DNA of 61,870 bases, filler included, from Dugesia japonica (Eukaryota): NCBI GenBank assembly GCA_001938525.1. It is 6 parts of 6 records of this genome, joined end to end, with 100 filler letters (N's around TTAATTAATTAA, not from the genome) between each part and the next. Parts side by side here need not be neighbours in the genome. Positions count along the whole stretch, not along the records: positions 9,061 to 18,863 come from MQRL01573146.1; positions 18,964 to 27,867 come from MQRL01603222.1; 4 more parts are not named here. The stretch is one strand, 5' to 3'. Numbering within the stretch: the first letter of the stretch is position 1; each line of letters opens with the position of its first letter. A model generated the notes under the pieces. That model was not told where the DNA came from and did not search any database. It saw only the letters and a list, made by a program, of their open reading frames with translations. Of this stretch, positions 10,620-24,534 are shown piece after piece. A program made the position numbers and the translations under genes.

Positions 10620-12640
10620 CTCAAAATCTGATGATTTTTAGATCCTATACAAAATTGTTCTACCGAGACTGATTTATTCTTATTATAACAGTCAATGTAT
10701 GATTGATATTTTATTCCATTATTCTTTAAGGTTGTGCCCTTAGCTTTCATCGATTCTATATTGCTTAGTAGGCTATAACATTTCGGCCTAAGAAATATCA
10801 GTTCCTATTATTTCTTCCTTTTACTTTCGTCTTTGAACTTTTCAATGACTTAATTAAGCTTGTAAGCACTGGAACACATGCATTTGTCTGGTCTGGGGGG
10901 GGGTCTTCTTCTTCAATTATTTGTTCTTCAATTTTTGTGGTTCAAATTTTTTGTTCTTCGAATTTTTTGTTCTTCAAATTTTTGTTCTTCAAATGTTTTG
11001 TAAAGGGGATGATCTGTACTATAATTAGAGGTTTCCAATAACTGATCACTCACCATCAATCCGGTTAGCTTTTCCAAACTAGTGCCTGCAATCTCCAAAA
11101 AAAAACTATCCGTATTTTGCAATTTTATTCTTTCCTGTACTTTTTCAACTCAATGTACTATAATTGGTACATTCTTAATTTTGAGAGGTCAAATACAGTA
11201 TGCCCAATGTAACTCGGACGATCCAAACAAACGATTTCCTTATTGATAACGTAAGCTATCAGATCATCTGCGATTTTTATTCATTTTTTAAATCTAGCCT
11301 TTGAAGTGTAAGTTATCAATTTCTTCGCTGAATTACACAGTTGTAAATTTATTTGCTTTTTCAAATTTTCTACTTTTTTTCCATACAGACTGTTTTTAAT
11401 AATTTATAATAATTTTTCGCTTACGCGGTTTGACACTCTAATTGAAATATTATATTCCTATTGATATAATTTACAAATTTTGTAACCTGACTAAATTTCA
11501 CACTTCTGTGTACATTAGTAACCTGTACACCTAATTAGATTTATATTTGTAGCAGCCTCCAGTGAATAACATAATTCATTTTCGGATAATGAGTAATTAA
11601 TAATTTTTTCTTTTTTGAGTTTGGAGGACTATGATGTTCTGCTGCTACTTTGAGATTGTTCAACTTATCTTGAATATCTGCCTGTATATCTTTATCCACT
11701 TCCAATGTGTATCCATAAGATAATGAGTTGAGATCTGCAGTTTTACAATAGTGATTCGTATTCGGAATAGACCCACTCGAAATCCTTATAGGGCAACTTT
11801 TGACTTAGTGCCCAGCTATATAGATTATCAATATCTGTATAAAGTATTTCAGTATTTTCATTAGTGGCCACATGGTGCTTATTCACAAAGGTTAACCCGT
11901 CGATTATAGCTCCTTCGAAAAAGGTATATCTATCATTATCAGTCAAAAGTTCGATTAGCTCATCTAATGATATCGATACTGATGTCCAAATCATACTCGA
12001 ATGCTAAATAATGTAAATGGCTCCAATTTATTATGCCCCAATGACTTTGCCCAAAACCTTTGAAAACAGTTGGCAAACTGGAAAACATCCAACTTTAAAT
12101 ATACCAGCACATAGTCCAATAGCTTCCAGCATCCAGTTATTTCCCACATTTCCAATACTTTTGTATATTCCTGCTCGTTCACTTCATCCCATCTTGGTGG
12201 CATGCTTGTTGTTTCTTTCAGAATTTGCAAACTAGTAGTATGATTTATGGAAATATACCCTATTCGTCTATCTTTGAATTCATTTGTTGTCAAAGGTAAT
12301 GATTTTAATGATTTTACTGTCACGTCCTATGAAGAATAATTAAATTGATAATTGTAGATGAATCTGATTGTGGTTTTTTATTTATGAACCATCAAACATA
12401 GTAACTTCTCACATGTTGTTGAAATACATGGGATGTTCCATTCTGGAAGTTTATTTAAGCCATATTTGAGAATATGATGCGGATCAAATCCTCTGAGATT
12501 ATGAAATATAACAGGAAGTTGTATATTTATTCTTCGACTTAAATTGCATTAATTGCATGCTGCGCCAATATACTCTCCTGTAAAGTAGTCATGATCTCGA
12601 ACTGTAGTTTTAATTTTTTTGTTAACAAATGACACATGGT
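10620..12640 (-). pseudogene. Polinton/Maverick protein-primed DNA polymerase B (disrupted)
   Basis: Motifs in order: RDHDYFTGEYIGAACN*CNL, PVIFHNLRGFD, YLKLDV, YTDIDNLYSWALSQKLP, TDS, KFKDE, FLRPKCYS, KAKG; many stops and frameshifts. Confidence 0.9.
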
Positions 12641-14509
12641 TGCTGATGAAAATGTTGTTTCTTTTTTCACTTTTTTTATAATAAAAATAATATAAAATTT
12701 ATATCATTAATTATTACTTAGCACATATTCGAAATATTTACGCCATTTTAACCAACCTTTAGCATATTAATGGAACCTTTAAAAATCAGACAATATTATA
12801 ATGGACTATTTTTTGAAAGATTTAACTAAATTTCAATTTAATTAACACTAAATTAACTTTAAAAAACGAAAATTTCATTTAACATTTAATTTAAAAATTT
12901 AAACATAAAAAATAAATACTCTCACCCTTTTTAATTTCAAATACAATTATGGTAATATGGAATTAAATAATCAACATATTTATTGATTGTTTAATTTCAT
13001 ATTATCATTTTCAATTCTAATGCATCATGCATGCAATTATGATAATATGAAATTAAAAAATCAATAAATATATTTACTGATTAATTTCATATTATCATAA
13101 TTGCATTTGTGATGCATTTGAATTGAAAATCCAGGGACCTGAATACAATATAAATTTTAAAAAAATTATTGAAATCATATTACGAGAGTATTGTAGTTAT
13201 TATCCAGGGTAACTTAATCAACATATGTGCATAGATACATTGTATTATTTACATAGTTACGATGTATTGTTTGTATTATTTACATAGTCACGGTATATGT
13301 TTTCAAAAAAAATGGAAGTCTTTGTATATTTTTATTATAAAATATATCTATTAAAAAATATTCAAAAAGGGAGTCTATGTATTGGTTTATTATGCACATT
13401 AGGTTACTATGTGTAGAGTTTAACCGGCTTATAAAATTATATAAACCCATAAAAATCCAACATAAAATCCAATATATAACTTAAATAAATATATAAAACC
13501 CTTATAAGTCTATAAAAACCGTGTTATTCAATAAACGTATGTAAACCTACTGATAGTCTAAAATTACTATATAAAAACTTAAAATTAATTATTTTTTAAC
13601 AAATAAATGTTAATTAATGTTTATTAACTTTAATTTAATTTTAATAAAAACGCGAAAACTTTTATCCAATTTTTAAATAAATGTAACAAGTTTAATTTAA
13701 TTTTATTAAAAACAACATTTTTTTATTATTTATAAAAAAATACAATAATGTTTTAAAATAAGATCAATTTTTAATAAACTAATTATTTTTATATAAAAAA
13801 CATGTTTTATTAATTATAAAAAACATTGATCAACCAAGATTTGGGGCCCAAAAAATATATTCAGTCCAAATAGCATCACAGTATATAAACAAAATATCTT
13901 TTTTCTTAATATTATAAAAATGATAATATTAAAGAAAATTGTAGTTAATCAAGTAGCTGATGGTGTTGTCAAACGACAAAAAATGTACTTTGTTAAGAAA
14001 AAGTATGGAAAAAAGAGGAAACAATTGCATGAGAAACTTCATGTAAATAAGAAGAAACTAGTAAACAAAAAGAAACAATTGAATATGTTTAAAAAACTTG
14101 CAAAAGGCATTGAAAGGAAAGTAAGTATGATAAAAGGAAAATAGATATCATTATAATCAAAACAAAAAAATAAAAATGAAATGATAAAGAGGTATTCCGT
14201 TTTTTACCACCTTAATTAAATTATCAAAAACTTCGAGAATGAGAATTTTTCAATCATTCTCCCCATATGTTATAGATGATTTAATTGAGATTATTGTAAA
14301 TATTGTTTAAGGTAATGTAGGTTTGAGTGAAACCAAAATGAAAGCATTGAAAAACCTATCGGAACATTATGAACATTTAATACGAAAAATAGGAAATCAA
14401 TGAGACTTGTGTACTTGGGCAAAATTGTGACGATATCGCCTTTTAAGCTTTTTTGTCCCTCGTGGTCTTTTGCTAGATCTACACTATGCTAGTGTTTGGT
14501 GTATTCTCT

Positions 14510-15060
14510 CATATAATGCTGCACATATAGAGAGATTTAATCGTACCGTGAGAGATACTATGATAAAGTACTTTGTACCTGTTGGTAATAAAACATAGAT
14601 AAATGTTTTATTGAAATTTATTCATAGTTATAATCATTCGAATTACAAAGGTTTAAATGGAGCAAGACCAATTGGTGTAAGTTCAAACAATCAATTATAG
14701 TTATCGCGAAAATATTCGAAAGCAAATAAAAAACCAAAATATAAATTTGGGGATTATGTGAAAATCTCGAAATATCAGCTTCACCAGTTATCAAAATTTT
14801 CAATAGTAATTGAAGTGATGAAGTGTTTCAAAAAACAAAAGTTAACACAAATCAAAATCAGATCATGTATTTTATAAAAGTGTATGAAGATAATATCGTG
14901 CAAGGAAAATTATATGAACAAGAATTACAAGTCATTCTACCAAAAGAGATATATCGATTTGAAAAAATTATCAAATCAAAGGAAACCGGTAAGAAAAATT
15001 ATTATTATGTAAAGTTTCATGGATACGAAAAACCAAGTTAAATATTAGCATCGCAAATCA
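14510..15060 (+). pseudogene. Polinton retroviral-like integrase, C-terminal half with chromodomain-like tail
   Basis: AAHIERFNRTVRDTMIKYF...SYNHS; KPKYKFGDYVKISK; GKLYEQELQ; YRFEKII...YYVKFHGY. Confidence 0.85.
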
Positions 15061-15074
15061 AGAAGAAAAATCAG

Positions 15075-15341
15075 ATGAAATCAAATAATGTCTATACAAC
15101 TTTACCAAGTAATAGTAGTCCACTAATCCATCCAAATAACACTTGTAGTAATTACATTGTTGAGCTAGAAAATCCGCTTTACTTGGATGGTAGTTGGGAA
15201 GTAGCATTGATGGATTTCACCTTTGTATATTCAACCATGCCGATTTACCGTCAATCTAGGATTGAATATGAACTATTTAAACCAATTGAGAAGGAACTAA
15301 TAATTGATGTTAATAAAAAAAGAAAAAAAAGGTGCTTTTAA
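15075..15341 (+). pseudogene. Polinton minor capsid (penton/PX) N-terminus
   Basis: YTTLPSNSS...PNNT...LENPLYLDGSWEVALMD is the family N-terminal signature; truncated. Confidence 0.85.
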
Positions 15342-15344
15342 CTG

Positions 15345-15740
15345 TAACTTCTCATTAATTGAAACTATAATAAATTATAATGGTGATAATAAGTATATCT
15401 GTCTTGATGCAATGGGATATGGATCAGAAGCAAATAGAAAAATATTAATAAGATATCAAAAACATTGTTTCTATGTTGTTCATTGCAACTTGATTTCATG
15501 GATCAACTGAAATACCTTCAGGTTTTAATATTCATCTTAAATTGAAAAGGGCATTTTCTAAGATTTGTTTGGAATCTGCAACCAGTGAATCTAGATATGT
15601 ATTATTAGATGCAAAATTAATGGTTAAGGTGTACGATTTGAACTCTCAGTATTAACTGTTCATCAATTGAGACTAAAAACGCAATATGGTATTTATATAA
15701 TAAGAACCAAGGTAGTCGTTGCATTTGCAATTAGAAAAGA
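15345..15740 (+). pseudogene. Polinton major capsid protein internal fragment
   Basis: IETIINYNGDNKYICLDAMGY, DFMDQLKYL, LLDAKLMVK, VRFELSVLTVHQ; parallels the copy at 29017-30045. Confidence 0.75.
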
Positions 15741-18305
15741 TAGTTCATCGTTTTGTTGGGATGAAACACACTACAAAGATAATGCAAAGCCGGCACAGAT
15801 TATAAAATGATAAAAGAGGGAGAAGAATCATAAATGCAGAGGAAAAATACATCAAAGATTGTTAAAATGAGAATAAGAACAAGAACGGGTTGAAAATTAA
15901 TTAGCGGATGAACAAAAGTAGGAAAGGTCGGCGGGAATGAACCCAGATAATCAAACCCGCATCAGTCCATTTAATTTAATTAAAAGAAATTATAAATTAA
16001 TATTCTAAGAAGAAGGAACATGTTTAATAAAACATTTAATTACAAGAAAAATATTAATTAATTAAGTTTTAAAATAACTGAAAGTTAAACCCAAAATTCG
16101 TTTATTTCAAATAACTTTGCTACAAAAAAGTACAGGAGCTCGGGATAAGAAAATTCCAGATGAATAAAGGGTAGGGAATCTCAAGTTTATAATCAAAAAA
16201 CCTTACCATCATCTAGAATGCTGCTATAAGGTCCAAAAAACTAGACCAATGGAATGCCTAAAAATAAAATTAGAACAAAGGAATCATTGTCATGTGCCAT
16301 TTCAAAATTAGGCACCAATGACATGTCTAAAAACATGAAAAAAACTATTCATAGTGAACTATTACTACCCGTGAATTAATTATTGGAGTTATTTTAGAAG
16401 ATTATTAGTCATAATCAACAATAAAGTAGTCCACTCAATTTAACCATAACACTCGGTGGAAATTCATTAACGGCAACAATCAGAGAACGAAGATCTATTT
16501 ACTCTTCCCGCGTTGCAAAAAAATCCTGATTAATTAGTAAGCCATTCATTTTGTTATGTTGATAATAGTTAGGTGATGTTTTAAATGATTTAATGCAATA
16601 ATTATGTGGTTTAATATATTATGCACAACAACCATTTTATTTTTNNNNNNNNNNNNNNNNNNNNNNNNNNNNNNNNNNNNNNNNNNNNNNNNNNNNNNNN
16701 NNNNNNNNNNNNNNNNNNNNNNNNNNNNNNNNNNNNNNNNNNNNNNNNNNNNNNNNNNNNNNNNNNNNNNNNNNNNNNNNNNNNNNNNNNNTATTACCAC
16801 TAAATTGAACCAACCACACCCAGAACAGAGTGAGAAATAGTCATTGTCGTCTAACCAATAATTGATGAACATCTAAAAAGTGATCGCCAAGTTACGTTGA
16901 CAGAATAAAACATTATAACACATTGAGTCGGTGTGCGGTGACAGATAACGTTATGAAAGTCATCATAGTAAATCCACAGTGGTGATAGTAAATACTCTAT
17001 GGATCTGACATAACATTAAATTGTGCGTAGGAAATAATTTTGACTATGATACTGTATATTATGGTTAAAAAAGCAACATCGCAGTTGAAAGTTTAGTGGC
17101 ATGTATTTCTTGAATACAAAATATGTTTTATTGAAAACATACCTTGTTCATTTATTTAATAAAACTATGAAAAAAACACATTGCAAATTAATGACAATAT
17201 TTTGTATAATCCGATGTTATAATAAATTAATTTCTGGAAATTAGTGGCTAAACATTTATTATATATAAAGCAGTATAATTTAAATTTGAATGTAAATGTT
17301 ATTGATTAAAAGTATAATTTAATTTTGAATGTTCAGAATTTTGGATGCGTGATATATTTTTAAATAACTATACAATTATATTCATGTCAAACCACAAGAT
17401 TTGAACCCCTTTGATTTTAAAATCTTATAAAACCCATGACCTTATACACTCCTAAACCCTATACACTCGTACACCACATACACTCATTAACCTTTTATAC
17501 TTAACAACCTGATACACTTATAAACACATGCACTCATAATCCCATACACTCAAAAACCCTATACAGTACGAAGGACCATATCTTGTAACCCACAGGAGTA
17601 CAGATTTAAAGACATTTGAAATGGATTTAGACGGAACTAAAAAACGGTATCAGTGGACAGACTAAAACCCAAGTTCACGTTTTCCGAAGACCTTCAAAAT
17701 TCGTCGGGAGTTATGTAATATGCTTTCTAATTATATTATATTTGAAATTTCAAATATATTTAAAATGAATTCACTGTGTTTAAATAAAATATTTTAAGAG
17801 AAAAGTAGAAATTGGAATTTTAATAAATATTGGCATTTTGACTTTTTTTATTTTATATTTTATGTTGTCCTTTTACTTATTTTAAGATTTTAACTTTTTT
17901 TCAATTGATTACATTAATTAATCATTTTAATTTGGATTATTTTGACTATTTTTACTTTTTTTCGATTTGGTTGAAAATTTGTAAATTTCCCAAATATTTA
18001 CATAATAGAATACTAATACATTGCATTTGTCAAGAATGTATGGTGTAAATCGACAGGCCGTTTTGATTTTTAATCAATTTTCTGATATTGGTGATAATAC
18101 TTTGACTTCGAATTTAATATTTTATTTTTTATAATCGAATTTTTAGCGTATTTGCATATTGCTGTTGTTTTTTAGTTTTCTTTTCTCTTAATTATGTTTA
18201 TCAACAATAAATATATGTTTTCATCACAAGAAACGAATCTTAGATTGTATAATAGTTGTTGAATGATGTTCTTATATCATTATTTGTACTGTGTTTGTCA
18301 TAGTT

Positions 18306-18470
18306 GATTTAGATCAGTGGTCGTCAACTTGTCATCATCGATTTAGATCAGTGGTCGTCAACCTGTAATCATCGATTTAGATCAGTGGTCATCAACTTGT
18401 CATCATCGATTTAGATCAGTGGTTGTCAACTTGTCATCATCGATTTAGATCAGTGGTCGTCAACCTGTGG
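18306..18470. repeat. 34-bp tandem repeat x~5
   Basis: Unit gatttagatcagtggtcgtcaacttgtcatcatc starting at 18306, 18340, 18374, 18408 and 18442. Confidence 0.9.
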
Positions 18471-18712
18471 TCTGTAAGAAACTTTTGGTGGTGCATGGAA
18501 ACTTTAGGTAAAAATGGTATATTTAAATCGTTTTGACCCAGTCAATTGTTTTAAAAGAATACCATTAGATTCCCAAATTTTTGGAGCTTTATATGGAAGA
18601 CTATTAAGGAAAAACTTACCAATAATCAAATAATATTATTCTATTATTGGTCCATCAGATTAAAAATTATTATTTTAATGGTCCGTGAAGTCTCAAAGAT
18701 TAGAGATTACTG
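18451..18712. mobile_element. hAT-type MITE
   Basis: Ends cagtggtcgtcaac ... tagagattactg with similar 8-bp flanks atttagat/attcagaa. Confidence 0.45.
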
Positions 18713-18863
18713 ATTCAGAAGAATGCAGATTTAAAATCATTTCAAAGTTACAATAACCTCATTACAATGATAAATTCTGATTGTTATTTTATCATTATTA
18801 TAAGAATAAGTTTAAAAGTTACATCACAAAATATGAAATTTAAAACAAAAACATAAAATATTC

Positions 18864-18963
18864 NNNNNNNNNNNNNNNNNNNNNNNNNNNNNNNNNNNNN
18901 NNNNNNNTTAATTAATTAANNNNNNNNNNNNNNNNNNNNNNNNNNNNNNNNNNNNNNNNNNNN
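18864..18963. other. Artificial contig linker
   Basis: 44 N + TTAATTAATTAA + 44 N. Confidence 0.95.
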
Positions 18964-19020
<57 letters not shown>

Positions 19021-20260
19021 TATAATTATAGTAATAATCATAATAGTTATTATTATTATAATAATATTAATAGTAATTTTATAATAATTATAAGATAGTT
19101 TTTTAAAAGAACACATTTAGAATTTTTTATCTTTAAAAACGGAATTTAGTAAAATCAAAAGTATATTTAAAATTATATCAAGAAAATAAACTTTAAAATA
19201 AATTACTAAAATTTAAGGATTTTTTAAAATATAAAATGAAATGAATAAAAGATTTTTATTATAATGTATTTTTTTAAATTCAAATATATTTTAAAAAGAA
19301 TAAACTATAAAATGAAATAAATAAAAAATGTTATTTAAATATTTTTTAAAATCAAAAATAATTTAAATATAATAAAATATAAAATTAAATATTTGATAAT
19401 TTTCCGTTTTGAATATGAATTTTTAAATTTGTTTGATTAAAAAACTAATGATGTTATAGTTTTTTATATTAATAAANNNGTTGTAATGAATTTGAATTCT
19501 GATGTTAATGATTCGATGAGTTTTCAAAACCCAACTAACAATAATAATTAGAAGAAAATAAATACATAATGAGTTTTAGCCAATAGAAATTTATTAAAAT
19601 TATTATTGATAGAAAATTAGTTGTTTTAACTTTTGTTTATTTAATATATATCAAATATATATGAAACATCTTTAAGTATCCAACTCTTTTCAATTGACCA
19701 TAGTTTTAGCTGCCCTGCTATTTTGCGAACCGTTGCCTGTCTGTAAAATTCAATGATAGCCTTTACTTGATACTTGCGACATCTTCAAGTGAAAGATTTT
19801 TAGAAATAAAAATAAATTTTTTATTCGAATTTTGGTAAGTTCTTTCCGGTATTGCTTCACATCACATATTTTTATATGCACATTTAAAGCTGAATTTTCT
19901 TTCTTAAAATAAAAAATTAATTTGTCTAAAATGTACATTTTTACTGTACATTTGAAAATGACGCTAAACAAATGTAAACTAAACCAATCAACTTATATAT
20001 TTAAACAAAGTCAGCATTGATAATTATTATTAAAAATAAATATACGTTTCAGATTGATTCCTTTCATAAATACGTAAAACTTTATTAAAGCCATGCACTG
20101 GTAAATATCGAAAGAACCTTCTGAAAACCTAATAAATTAAATTAAAATTTAAATATTGCAAAACAAGAGATTTTTTAAATATTACAGACAAATATTATTC
20201 AATAATAAAAGAATTTAATTAATATTTAAAAAATCTTTGTATAAAACTAAACATTTATAG

Positions 20261-20667
20261 GTGTACAGTGTTTACCGTCTGTTTCAGTGTCCTTTTCGTC
20301 GTTCTATAATCAGACCGTTGCAGTCGATTGAGGTGACACCAAATCAAGAACCGATTAAACTTGAACCACAATTATTGACCTCAAAACAGAAATATGATGT
20401 GTATCTAGGGGGTACTTGTGGAAATAGTAATTGGAGAGAGAAAATCGCAATACCACTATTACAAAAAGCGGGATGCTCGTTTTACAATCCAAAAGTAAGA
20501 TAATTTAGTAAAATTGAGTACGAAATAATTTACAGATCGAATTCTAGATGAACAATTCAGAATGGAGTAGAAAATTACTTCCATTAGAAGCTGAAGCCCG
20601 CGACCACTCAAAAGTTTTGGTGTATATAATTACAAATGAATGCACATCAACAGCTACTCTAGTTGAG
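20261..20667 (+). CDS. raw: Raw/OLRN-1-like protein (nucleoside 2-deoxyribosyltransferase-like domain), exons 20261-20494 and 20548-20667
   Basis: YDVYLGGTCGNSNWREKIAIPLLQKAGCSFYNPK|MNNSEWSRKLLPLEAEARDHSKVLVYIITNECTSTATLVE matches the VFLGGSC..T.WR...AIP.L...G.SFYNP motif; 53-nt phase-0 intron. Confidence 0.75.
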
Positions 20668-21049
20668 GTAAATATCGTTTAGATCTTTCTGACATTTTAT
20701 ACAATGTATATTTTGATATATTTGGTATAGTCCCAAATTGAAACGTTTGATTAATTAATATAATGCCCAAGTGATATTAGAAAATCGGAAAGTCACAAGG
20801 TCCTTTCAATCTATATTTAGATTGCATCATTGAAAAATAACATCTCAACAATAGAATCGGTTAAACTATGTTAATTACAAAGTTAAATATAAAGCAGAAC
20901 AAAAGTATAGTTGTTACTCTAAATTATTTGCTTTTATTTTTATTTTACAATGATAAGTAAAACTAAAAATATGTGAGAAAGAATAAAATTAAAAACATTT
21001 TATTTTGTAAAAATTTTCAGTTGGGCAGCATTTTAATTTTGATATGTAG

Positions 21050-21363
21050 AATCCATCATAAATTTTACTTCTGGAAGTATATCTGTAGAATCTTTATTCG
21101 TTTTATCTTGTAGTGTTATTGTTCTGTAATTTGTCCATTTGTAAAATGATGACACAGACTAGAGAATTTCAATTCTATCCAATAATGTTTGTCGATTCTC
21201 TAATCAAATTTGATTCAAATGATCTTCCCCTATCCCATAATAAATTCAGGTGTCCCAAATTTCAAAATCCACTGAATTTTTAATGTGTTTGCTACAGTTT
21301 TTTTCAGTGTGACCAATCATCGAAGTTAATTAGATGTACTTTCTAATTTGATCTATAATAACC

Positions 21364-21394
<31 letters not shown>

Positions 21395-23887
21395 TAAATC
21401 TGTAGATAACGTTTTAGTTATGTCTTTTTTGTTTTCGAAGTTAAAGTTTTCATTTTTTGACATTTTCACAGCTTTGTACAGTTGCAAATATTATATCAGT
21501 TTCGGTTTCCATATCGAAATTGTCTCGAAATATATTCGTGAATCTTTTTCGATCCAGCATGGCATAATAATTTATGAGTATAATTAATGAATTTGACTTT
21601 CATTAATTTTGAGATCTAAATTTTATTTTGAATTGTATAAACAATATTTTCAATCAACTTCAATTTGTCATTTTTTCTAACGTTTAAGTTCTCGTTAATA
21701 TCATCGATTTCTTTACACCCTTCTTGTCATTTACAATCATCATTTTGTAACATTAGTGTCAATATTTTAAAATAATATTGTGCGCTTTTTGATGAAAAAT
21801 CAATTTTACATTTTAATACATCTGTTAAAATTAATTGATAGTAAGCATTGTTTAAATCTATACTAGTAAAATACTTGGCTCCATATAAAATATTCATCAT
21901 TTTCTCAGTGAATGGAACATAAAAAATTGGTCTTTTTGTAACTTTGTTTAACAATTTATAATCTCAGCAAAGTTTATTTCATCATTATCTCGTTTTTTTA
22001 TGCAAACCATAAGAGCATTCCAAGGGGAGTCACATTTTTTTATAATAAAATTTATTTCCATTTTTTAAAAAATATTTCTCAATCATATTTATTAAATGAT
22101 AAGACTGACACGTCTAGAATTAATTGTAATTGGTTTACTATTTGTTATTTTTTCATGTTTTACAATATTAGTTTTTCCAATATCCTTTGAATGTTTTATT
22201 ATAATGCTTTCATATTTTTTCAAAATCTGTAATATAATCTTTAAAATTTCAATTTCTAATGTTTTCGGTTTAAATATTATTACATTAACAGATTCCTAAT
22301 TATGTATTTCATCAATGGTAAGTTTTATATTATATTCCAAAATTAACAGCGTAAAATTTCTTTTGCAACATAAAAACAAATGTTCTCCATTTTCCATTAA
22401 GCTTTCCATCTAAATATACTTTTCTCACAATTTTTAAATAATTGTTTTTCACATATTTAACATTTAAAGCGGCATCAATTATTGAAAAACTTTGCATTCT
22501 TTTTAATAATTCATATTAAATAACATTAATTTTAGCTCCAGTAAACACTGTAAAAATATTAATAATTTTTTATTTTATCATTGGTCGATTATCTTCAGTA
22601 TTATATTTGTCATAAATATCTTTATCCAAATTATTAATAATAGAGAAATTATTATTATTATCATAACTAGCATTATTAGATTAGACTTTTCTATCAATAA
22701 TAACATTATATGAAAATACATAATAACAAAAATTACTTTCAAGTAATTCAATATCATAAATACATTTACAAGCATTATCAATCATACCGTTATTACTGAA
22801 ATTAAATCTTATATTTTTTTAGCGAATCACACAGATAGCTTCCTTTCTTGAAAGGGCTTTGGCATTTGAAAACTTATCTGTCATAGTTCTGTCATCAGAA
22901 CATCTTGATATTCATTGTACTCAGCAATATTGAATTGACTATAATCTCTTTTTACATCTCAAAACCTCATAGCACTGATACATTTTACATTCGACAATTA
23001 GCTAAGATATTTCCTTCTTCTTACGCCCAGCATCGTTTTGACATTCGTGAAAATTATTTTCCATTGTCTTAATTACTCTCTGAAATAATTTATGAGTTCA
23101 TTGGAATTAACTTATCTATTGAAATCTAAATTTCCGTTTCTGTTGTTTTCTGTTATATTATTCTTTTTTTGATTTTAATTGCTATAACATTGACGTCGAG
23201 ATTAAACTGCTTTTTTATTATGTCCATTTTTCTAATAATTTCTTTCATTCCTTCATTTCTTGTTGACCCTCAAATTTTTATTTCTTTTTTAACAACCATA
23301 TCTTCAACATTTTTTTCGACAAAAAACTGACTAGATTTTCCTTTGTTAAATCATGCTTAATTCTGCATTATGCCTAATTATATATTATCCGCTAAACAAC
23401 TAATTTTGTTGAAAAATGAATTTATTGAATCATTGTCCTTGCGATTATGTAATGCAGCTGATAAAACTTTACCGACATTTGCAGGTTGTTCAAAAGCTTT
23501 TCTGCATCTTTGGTAATAATCTTCAATTGAATCATATACGGATTCATATCTTTTCAAATCTTTTGAAGAAAAAAAATGTCTTGATAAATGTTACTGTTAT
23601 AATTTACAATTTAGCTATTTTCACTAAATATTCTTCTGCATCGCTTCCAATATCGAATGTCTTTGGAGTGCAAATAAACAAATTAAGCATATGTTCTGTT
23701 GTGGATGCCATGTTAATAGACTTTTTAACAACCATAAAATTTATTAATGAAAATGTAGAAAAGGAAGAATAAATATATACATGATTATGATTTGAACAAT
23801 CAATATATTTAAATCAGTAAACAAAAACTGATTTATTACTCAACATACTAAATATTTGACCTCAGAGACAATTATCAATTGTAAAAC
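21050..23887 (-). mobile_element. Decayed Ty3/Gypsy LTR retrotransposon
   Basis: LTR ~23711-23887 followed by a TGG PBS-like site; gag MLNLFICTPKTFDIG; RT SPWNALM and YGAKYFTSIDLNNAYYQ; integrase WILKFGTP..DRGRSFE. Confidence 0.8.
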
Positions 23888-23955
23888 ATTCAATTTTAAT
23901 TTTATCTTATTTTTATTATAAATAATTATTTATAATAAAAATAAGATATATTTAA

Positions 23956-24025
<70 letters not shown>

Positions 24026-24075
24026 NNNNNNNNNNNNNNNNNNNNNNNNNNNNNNNNNNNNNNNNNNNNNNNNNN

Positions 24076-24141
<66 letters not shown>

Positions 24142-24492
24142 TTTGTGAATTCATGGCATTATATTTTTTGATTATGTTATTTTTATTTTTATTGTGATTA
24201 TATAAAGCCTTTGAATTATTTTTAATTAGAATTATTTTTCAATTGAAATATTAATAGTAATTAATTTTTAAATTAGTAAAGTAAATCTCAATAACTTTTC
24301 TAATTCTAGTTGTAATATTAATTGTTAGTAAATTTGGTGATTAAATAGTGATAATAATAATGATAATAAATAAAAACAGTTTCTTCCAAATTTTAATCAT
24401 AAATTAAAATTGTATTCATTGTTTATTTTGAANNNNNNNNNNNNNNNNNNNNNNNNNNNNNNNNNNNNNNNNNNNNNNNNNNNNNNNNNNNN

Positions 24493-24534
<42 letters not shown>

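Noticed and set aside
18306-18470. CRISPR-like repeat array
   Set aside because: Units are head-to-tail with no unique spacers, the context is eukaryotic, and there are no cas genes.
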